From Candidatus Thorarchaeota archaeon (GTDB taxonomy: Archaea; Asgardarchaeota; Hermodarchaeia; Hermodarchaeales; Hermodarchaeaceae), in contig JBHLSA010000042.1 of NCBI GenBank assembly GCA_048882025.1, positions 1-10,336 of the forward strand: a stretch of 10,336 bases of DNA, in the 5' to 3' direction. A program made the position numbers and the translations under genes. This document shows positions 6,083 to 10,336 of the stretch, piece after piece; position 1 is the first letter of the stretch, and every line of letters starts with the position of its first letter. The notes under the pieces are model-generated. The model had not been told where the DNA came from and searched no databases. It saw only the letters and a list, made by a program, of their open reading frames with translations.

Positions 6083-7227
6083 TCGGCGAAGATTTGGATT
6101 TAAGAGAGCTTCAACAGTCGGGGCGAATTGGTCGAATAAAGGTCGAGTTACGGTCTGAAAGTGGTAAATCACATGGAACGATTACGATACCTTGTAGTCT
6201 AGACCGAACGGAGACTGCAATTCTTGCTGCAGCAATGGAAACCGTTGATCGAGTTGGTCCTTGCGCAGCAAAAATTACCCTTGAAAAATTAGAGGATGTC
6301 CGTGAAGAAAAACGGAAGCGTATTATCGATCGGGCTGTAGACTTATTACGAGATTGGGAAGGAGAAATTTCTCCTGATTCCCAAGAAGTAACAGATACTG
6401 TCCTTAAGGAATCGCGTACAGCAGGTATCATTAAAATCGGCAAACAAGCACTTCCTGCAGGTCCTGAAGTTGAAGCTTCAGATACCATTATTATTGTTGA
6501 AGGGCGTGCAGATGTGTTAGCGCTCCTTCGATCAGGCATTAAGAATGCCGTTGCCGTTGAAGGCACTTCCATCCCGAAGAGCATTATCAATCTAGCGAAA
6601 TCTAAGACCGTCATTGCGTTCCTTGATGGAGATCGAGGTGGCGATTTAATTCTCAAAGAATTAGATCAAGTAGTAAAGGTAGATTATGTAGCACGGGCAC
6701 CAACTGGGCGAGAGGTTGAAGAACTTACTCATAAAGAAGTTACCAAAGCCCTTCGAAACAGGGTTCCAGCAGAACAAGTCCTAACCAGAGTTAAACGACG
6801 CGCACCAAAAGCTACTCCACCTTCGGTAAAAGCTAAACAGCGAACTCGTCAAACTTCAACTGTAAAACCCAAAGCACCCCGCAGCAGAGCAAGAACTAAA
6901 CCCACTACAAAGGCCCCAATTAAACCTAAAGATCTCGGTATTCCCAAAACTGTAATTGAAACTGCGGAAAAAGTCCAACAGACGATGATGGCATTCGTTC
7001 TTGACTCGGATTTAAAGCAACTAAAAGAAACACACGTTGGGGAGCTAGCCAATGATTTACAGAAGCTCAAAACGGCTAAAGTGCTTGTTTTAGATGGCGT
7101 GATAACTCAAAGGCTAATAGACATTGCAGAAGAACGAGGCGTCGAACTAATAATTGGCGTCAGAATTGGTAATATTGTCAAAAAACCCGCGAAAATGCGA
7201 ATTCATACATTTGGAGAATTAAAATAG
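6083..7227 (+). CDS. dnaG: DnaG primase, exon 2 (Toprim core, basic linker, C-terminal domain)
   Basis: Continues (L)GEDLDLRELQQSGRIGRIKVEL...SLDRTETAILAAAMETVDRVGPC. The Toprim motifs are IIIVEGRADV and AFLDGDRGGDLI. The ORF track reports this frame from TTG 6094, but the frame is open from 6070 and homology begins at GEDLDL (6085). join(5931..6054,6083..7227) is 1269 nt, giving 422 aa. Confidence 0.92.
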
Positions 7228-7315
7228 CACACAACACATCTGTCAAGGTAGCAATGCTTAAATAGCGAGCCCCCGCATTTCGCCTCAATTCTATCATCTC
7301 AATGAGCGTGATTTC

Positions 7316-7603
7316 GTGGCTGAAATTAACACCAAACTCATTGGAATTCTCCGGGTTCTTGGAGTCATATTCCTAGTTGGCGCGGGTTTGGTTGTGATAG
7401 CAGATCTAGCTTTTAACTTGGATTGGAACCAAACATCCTCACTCTTCTTTCTAAGCTTTCTTCTTATCTGTGGACTTTGCTTTGGCATAACAGGCATTAT
7501 GTCTGAAAACCCAGAAAGAACGCGAAAACTGTTCTTTGAATGGTTAGTTGTCATTACAGTTATTCTCGTGTGGGTTGTGGGAGTTTACGCATTTCTTCCT
7601 TGA
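7316..7603 (+). CDS. Hypothetical small membrane protein (about 3 TM segments)
   Basis: 95-aa ORF with three clear hydrophobic stretches (LIGILRVLGVIFLVGAGLVVIADLAF, LFFLSFLLICGLCFGITGIM, WLVVITVILVWVVGVYAFL) and a GTG start. The antisense ORF 7294-7554 is basic and low-complexity, so it is disfavoured. This does not resemble the ATPase proteolipid: there is no Gly-rich helix or conserved carboxylate pattern. Confidence 0.55.
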   Translation: MAEINTKLIGILRVLGVIFLVGAGLVVIADLAFNLDWNQTSSLFFLSFLLICGLCFGITGIMSENPERTRKLFFEWLVVITVILVWVVGVYAFLP

Positions 7604-7612
7604 GGGATTACC

Positions 7613-8266
7613 TTGTCTGAATCGGCAGGAATCATTGCAGGTGTTCGCCCAACCAGAATGGAATTATTAGCCCTCAAAGAACGACGTGAACTCGCTGCCC
7701 GTGGTTATGAATTGTTACGAGAAAAACAGGATGCCCTTGTCCGAGAATTCTTTGCGATTCTTTCAGAAGCCAAGAAATATCGCGAAGAAATGGAAACCAC
7801 TCTCACTGAAGCATTTGAGTCACTAATGGAAGCTAAGCTAGTTGAAGGGGGAGCTAAACTTGAAGAGCTCGCCCTGGGAGCAAAAAGCCCCCTTGACTTT
7901 GATGTTGAAACCCGAAACATGATGGGCGTCTCCGTTCCTATCTTTCGCATCACGGAACAAGAAGAAGTAGTCCAACTGCATTATAGTCTGGCTGGTACCT
8001 CTGCAGCGGTAGATAAAGGAGCACAGAAGTTTCGAGTAGCATTAGATAAAGTGGTTAGGCTTGGAGAAATTGAAGCAACTGTAAAACGACTTGCATCTGA
8101 AATTGAAAAAACTAAGCGCCGCGTGAATGCTCTTAACTACCTAGTTCTACCGCGAATTAACAATACTATTCGATACATCGAACTAATGCTAGAAGAACAA
8201 GAGCGAGAAGACCTTTTCCGAATGAAACGTGTTAAGGCTATGTTAGAACGAAAATCACAAGCATAG
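7613..8266 (+). CDS. atpD: A/V-type ATP synthase subunit D (central stalk)
   Basis: Family-typical N-terminus VRPTRMELLALKERRELAARGYELLREKQDALV and C-terminus KRRVNALNYLVLPRINNTIRYIELMLEEQEREDLFRMKRVK, in 217 aa. TTG start is preceded by GAGGGA. Confidence 0.9.
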   Translation: MSESAGIIAGVRPTRMELLALKERRELAARGYELLREKQDALVREFFAILSEAKKYREEMETTLTEAFESLMEAKLVEGGAKLEELALGAKSPLDFDVETRNMMGVSVPIFRITEQEEVVQLHYSLAGTSAAVDKGAQKFRVALDKVVRLGEIEATVKRLASEIEKTKRRVNALNYLVLPRINNTIRYIELMLEEQEREDLFRMKRVKAMLERKSQA

Positions 8267-8271
8267 CGGCA

Positions 8272-8703
8272 CTAATTTTCAGTTAGTACAATTATCGCTT
8301 TGGCTAGGTTTCCTTCTGCAGCCTTTAGTGCATCTCTAGCCGCATCCTCGGATACATTAGCCTGGCTTGCGACTAGTTGTACATCTTCTTCAGTAAATGT
8401 TTGAACAGGTGTAGCAGGAGTACCTTCTTCCATTTCTGTTGAAACCGTAAGACTTCGTTCTTCTGCCTGGCCCACGATTTGATATACATTGTCACCTTGA
8501 GCCTGCATCATGAGCACTTGGGGTTGAGTTAGTACAATTTCCTTATCAGGGAGACGAATGAGAACTTCAGTAACATCATCTATTTGCTGAAAATCAACTC
8601 CCATACGACGCATCTGACGTTCCATCGATCGTTTCTTTGATTTTACCTTTCTTACCTTAACCAAGGTCAATCCCTCAAACTTACAGCAATGTCGCATAAT
8701 CAT
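8272..8703 (-). CDS. nac: Nascent polypeptide-associated complex protein (archaeal NAC: NAC domain plus UBA domain)
   Basis: N-terminal MERQMRRMGVDFQQI, NAC beta-barrel VLIRLPDKEIVLTQPQVLMMQAQGDNVYQIVG, and C-terminal UBA-like EEDVQLVASQANVSEDAARDALKAAEGNLAKAIIVL. The longest ORF starts at ATG 8703. Its first 26 aa (MIMRHCCKFEGLTLVKV...) look atypical, so the true start may be ATG 8625 (MERQMRRMG, 117 aa). Confidence 0.85.
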   Translation of the reverse strand: MIMRHCCKFEGLTLVKVRKVKSKKRSMERQMRRMGVDFQQIDDVTEVLIRLPDKEIVLTQPQVLMMQAQGDNVYQIVGQAEERSLTVSTEMEEGTPATPVQTFTEEDVQLVASQANVSEDAARDALKAAEGNLAKAIIVLTEN

Positions 8704-8733
8704 TTATGCTAATTTAGTTTTTTCTTTTCTTAC

Positions 8734-9027
8734 CTATTTTGCACGCCTCTTTATTGAATGCCGTGTTTTGACTGCGACCCCACGTGACAAGTCAAGGATC
8801 TCTACTGGACTAAGATGCGCTGTTCCTACTGCGAGAAGGACATCTTCTTCATCCACAACAAGGACCTCGTCACCAGCCCGAAGTCTTGGATCTAGGTCTT
8901 TGACGTGTTTAGCAAACACGCTTCGACCTTCGCCTATGAAACTGGCTACCTGTTGCTGAACAATTACGCGAAGTTTCGGAAATGCAACTAGTGTGTGTAG
9001 ACGTTGAGCTCCCGCTATAGTTAGCAC
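8734..9027 (-). CDS. pre-PUA/PUA domain RNA-binding protein. Coordinates give the minimal ORF from the only canonical start (GTG 9027); conserved coding sequence continues upstream to 9243
   Basis: PUA-like C-terminal half PKLRVIVQQQVASFIGEGRSVFAKHVKDLDPRLRAGDEVLVVDEEDVLLAVGTAHLS...GVAVKTRH. My translation of the same frame upstream (9243 to 9028) gives VNLKKLRRAKSQNNEHLYRARGIANYQFSDTIGDQLFPDDCEVEISKRSGRLRQILRNSQVLATVRANDGRL. This matches the N-terminal (IADYQFG ... LFP ... TGRIRQI ... LATLRA.DG) domain of stand-alone archaeal PUA proteins as I recall them. See findings. Confidence 0.8.
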   Translation of the reverse strand: MLTIAGAQRLHTLVAFPKLRVIVQQQVASFIGEGRSVFAKHVKDLDPRLRAGDEVLVVDEEDVLLAVGTAHLSPVEILDLSRGVAVKTRHSIKRRAK

Positions 9028-9243
9028 AAGACGCCCATCGTTGGCCCGGACTGTTGCTAAGACCTGAGAATTTCGTAATATTTGTCGAAGACGCCCCGAA
9101 CGCTTGGAAATCTCTACCTCACAATCATCCGGAAACAGTTGGTCTCCAATTGTATCACTGAATTGGTAGTTAGCTATGCCTCTTGCTCTGTATAGGTGTT
9201 CATTATTTTGCGATTTAGCTCGCCTCAGCTTCTTTAGATTGAC

Positions 9244-10336
9244 CTAACCATAAATGTCTGCTGTCTCGCTACGGTCTGCTAGGCTACCTAATACTTTGGA
9301 GATTGCTTTGTTAAAGTCTTCTCGGTAAACAACATCACGGAGTTCGCGAATAGCAAACATCCCTGCTTCTGTACAAATTGCTTTGAGATCGGCTCCTGAA
9401 GAATTAGCTGTTTTTGAAGCCAAGACACTAATATCGACATCTGAATGAACATTCATGTTTCGCATATGAATTTTAAGAATCTGTATTCTAGCGTCTTTAT
9501 CCGGATATGGAAACTCAATGATGCGATCAAAGCGCCCAGGTCTTGTAAGTGCAGTATCCAGAATATCAGGGCGATTTGTTGCCGCTAATATTCGAACATC
9601 ACCACGTGGATCAAAGCCATCTAACATGCTTAGAAGTTGCATTAATGTACGCTGCACTTCCCGATCTCCGCTTGTAGCAATATCAAGCCGCCGACTGGCC
9701 ACGGCGTCCAATTCATCGATAAAGACAATGCTGGGAGCACGTTTTCGGGCCATATAGAAGATTTCGCGTACAATTCGAGCGCCTTCGCCGATGAATTTTT
9801 GCACTAATTCCGAACCGATAACCCGAATAAACGTGGCTTTGGTTTCGCGCGCTACTGCTCGAGCTAATAAGGTCTTTCCTGTACCCGGAGCACCACAAAG
9901 TAGAACGCCTTTTGGTGGTTCAATCCCAACTTTTTCGAAGAGTTCTGGATGAAGAAGAGGAAGTTCTACGGTTTCCCGAATTTCAGCAATTTGTTCTTCT
10001 AATCCTCCAATATCTTCGTAGGTAACATCAGGGCTTTCCTCAACATTCATAGCTTGGACAAACGGGTCAATAGAAAGGGGTAAGATATCAACAACCGCAA
10101 GTGTCCTTTGATTTAATGCAACTTTTGCCCCAGATTCTAATTTACTTCCAACAATTGATTCAGGATAATTGACGACGAATTGGGGTCCAGTACTGCTTTT
10201 TACAATTACACGCCCATCATCTAGCACATCAATTACAGTAGCTGAAACTAAAGGAGGTTGCCGTAGTTTATTGAGCTCCGCTTGAAGTATCCTTACTTCG
10301 TTCTCAAGCCGAGTCCTTTCAGCCACAATTTGTTCT
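9244..10336 (-). CDS. pan: Proteasome-activating nucleotidase PAN (AAA+ ATPase), 5'-partial at the window edge
   Basis: Coiled-coil N-terminus followed by PPL and an OB segment. Walker A is [11 protein letters not shown] and Walker B is IVFIDELDA, with the second region of homology [20 protein letters not shown]. The C-terminal I-Y-G fits the HbYX proteasome-docking motif. The frame stays open upstream of the track start (GTG 10326) to the window end, and only about 23 aa precede PPL, so the true start is probably beyond 10336. Confidence 0.95.
   Translation of the reverse strand, partial: EQIVAERTRLENEVRILQAELNKLRQPPLVSATVIDVLDDGRVIVKSSTGPQFVVNYPESIVGSKLESGAKVALNQRTLAVVDILPLSIDPFVQAMNVEESPDVTYEDIGGLEEQIAEIRETVELPLLHPELFEKVGIEPPKGVLLCGAPGTGKTLLARAVARETKATFIRVIGSELVQKFIGEGARIVREIFYMARKRAPSIVFIDELDAVASRRLDIATSGDREVQRTLMQLLSMLDGFDPRGDVRILAATNRPDILDTALTRPGRFDRIIEFPYPDKDARIQILKIHMRNMNVHSDVDISVLASKTANSSGADLKAICTEAGMFAIRELRDVVYREDFNKAISKVLGSLADRSETADIYG

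Noticed and set aside
6111-6656. 181-aa - strand ORF, and similar antisense ORFs at 938-1165, 1516-1740, 1781-2121, 6849-7070, 7705-7953, 8768-8959, 9518-9757 and 9713-9898
   Set aside because: All lie antisense or out of frame within strongly supported genes and have Arg/Ser/Pro-rich low-complexity composition. They are shadow ORFs.
7294-7554. 86-aa - strand ORF opposite the small membrane ORF
   Set aside because: It is highly basic and low-complexity (RRKLRKKS, PRTRRIP). The + strand partner shows a coherent three-helix hydrophobic pattern and sits in operon-like position before atpD.
9244-9246. TAG at the end of PAN decoded as pyrrolysine or otherwise reassigned
   Set aside because: TAG terminates at least five other well-supported genes in this window (coaD, dnaG, atpD, nac, the PUA protein) at positions matching family lengths. 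PAN also ends in a functional-looking HbYX motif (IYG).
1-10336. Search for CRISPR repeats, IS/transposase termini, integrase-linked tRNA targets, toxin-antitoxin or defence gene pairs
   Set aside because: I saw no direct-repeat arrays, no long inverted terminal repeats, no integrase or transposase-like ORFs next to the tRNA, and no short paired ORFs. Gene content is uniformly core housekeeping.

Overview
Archaeal chromosomal window of information-processing and housekeeping genes. No mobile elements, CRISPR arrays or recognisable defence genes were seen. On the + strand: an intron-containing tRNA-Pro(UGG) (379-514), a stand-alone 5S rRNA (572-693), a membrane-anchored DUF1512-like protein, archaeal-type phosphopantetheine adenylyltransferase, a Taw2/Trm5-family SAM-dependent tRNA-modification enzyme, a small Toprim protein, DnaG primase, a small 3-TM protein and A/V-ATPase subunit D. 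On the - strand: tyrosyl-tRNA synthetase, NAC, a pre-PUA/PUA RNA-binding protein and the proteasome-activating nucleotidase PAN, whose 5' end runs off the window. Main result: dnaG is split into two reading frames by 28 nt (6055-6082). These fold into a bulge-helix-bulge (BHB) motif. Cutting after the second nucleotide of each 3-nt bulge restores the frame and recreates the conserved DnaG motif FGQTEGLLGEDLDLRELQ, so this is a candidate BHB intron in a protein-coding mRNA. The neighbouring tRNA-Pro has two non-canonical introns, and the anticodon-stem intron obeys the same cleavage rule, which serves as an internal control. Other points: the pre-PUA/PUA gene has conserved coding sequence running in frame up to the PAN stop codon with no ATG/GTG/TTG available. 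A G+C-rich island (about 57% by hand count) with a long closing helix lies between coaD and taw2 and is a candidate structured RNA that I could not assign. An AT-rich 490-bp divergent intergenic region contains a possible 49-aa 2-TM ORF. All protein family calls come from motif recognition and memory, since no searches could be run.
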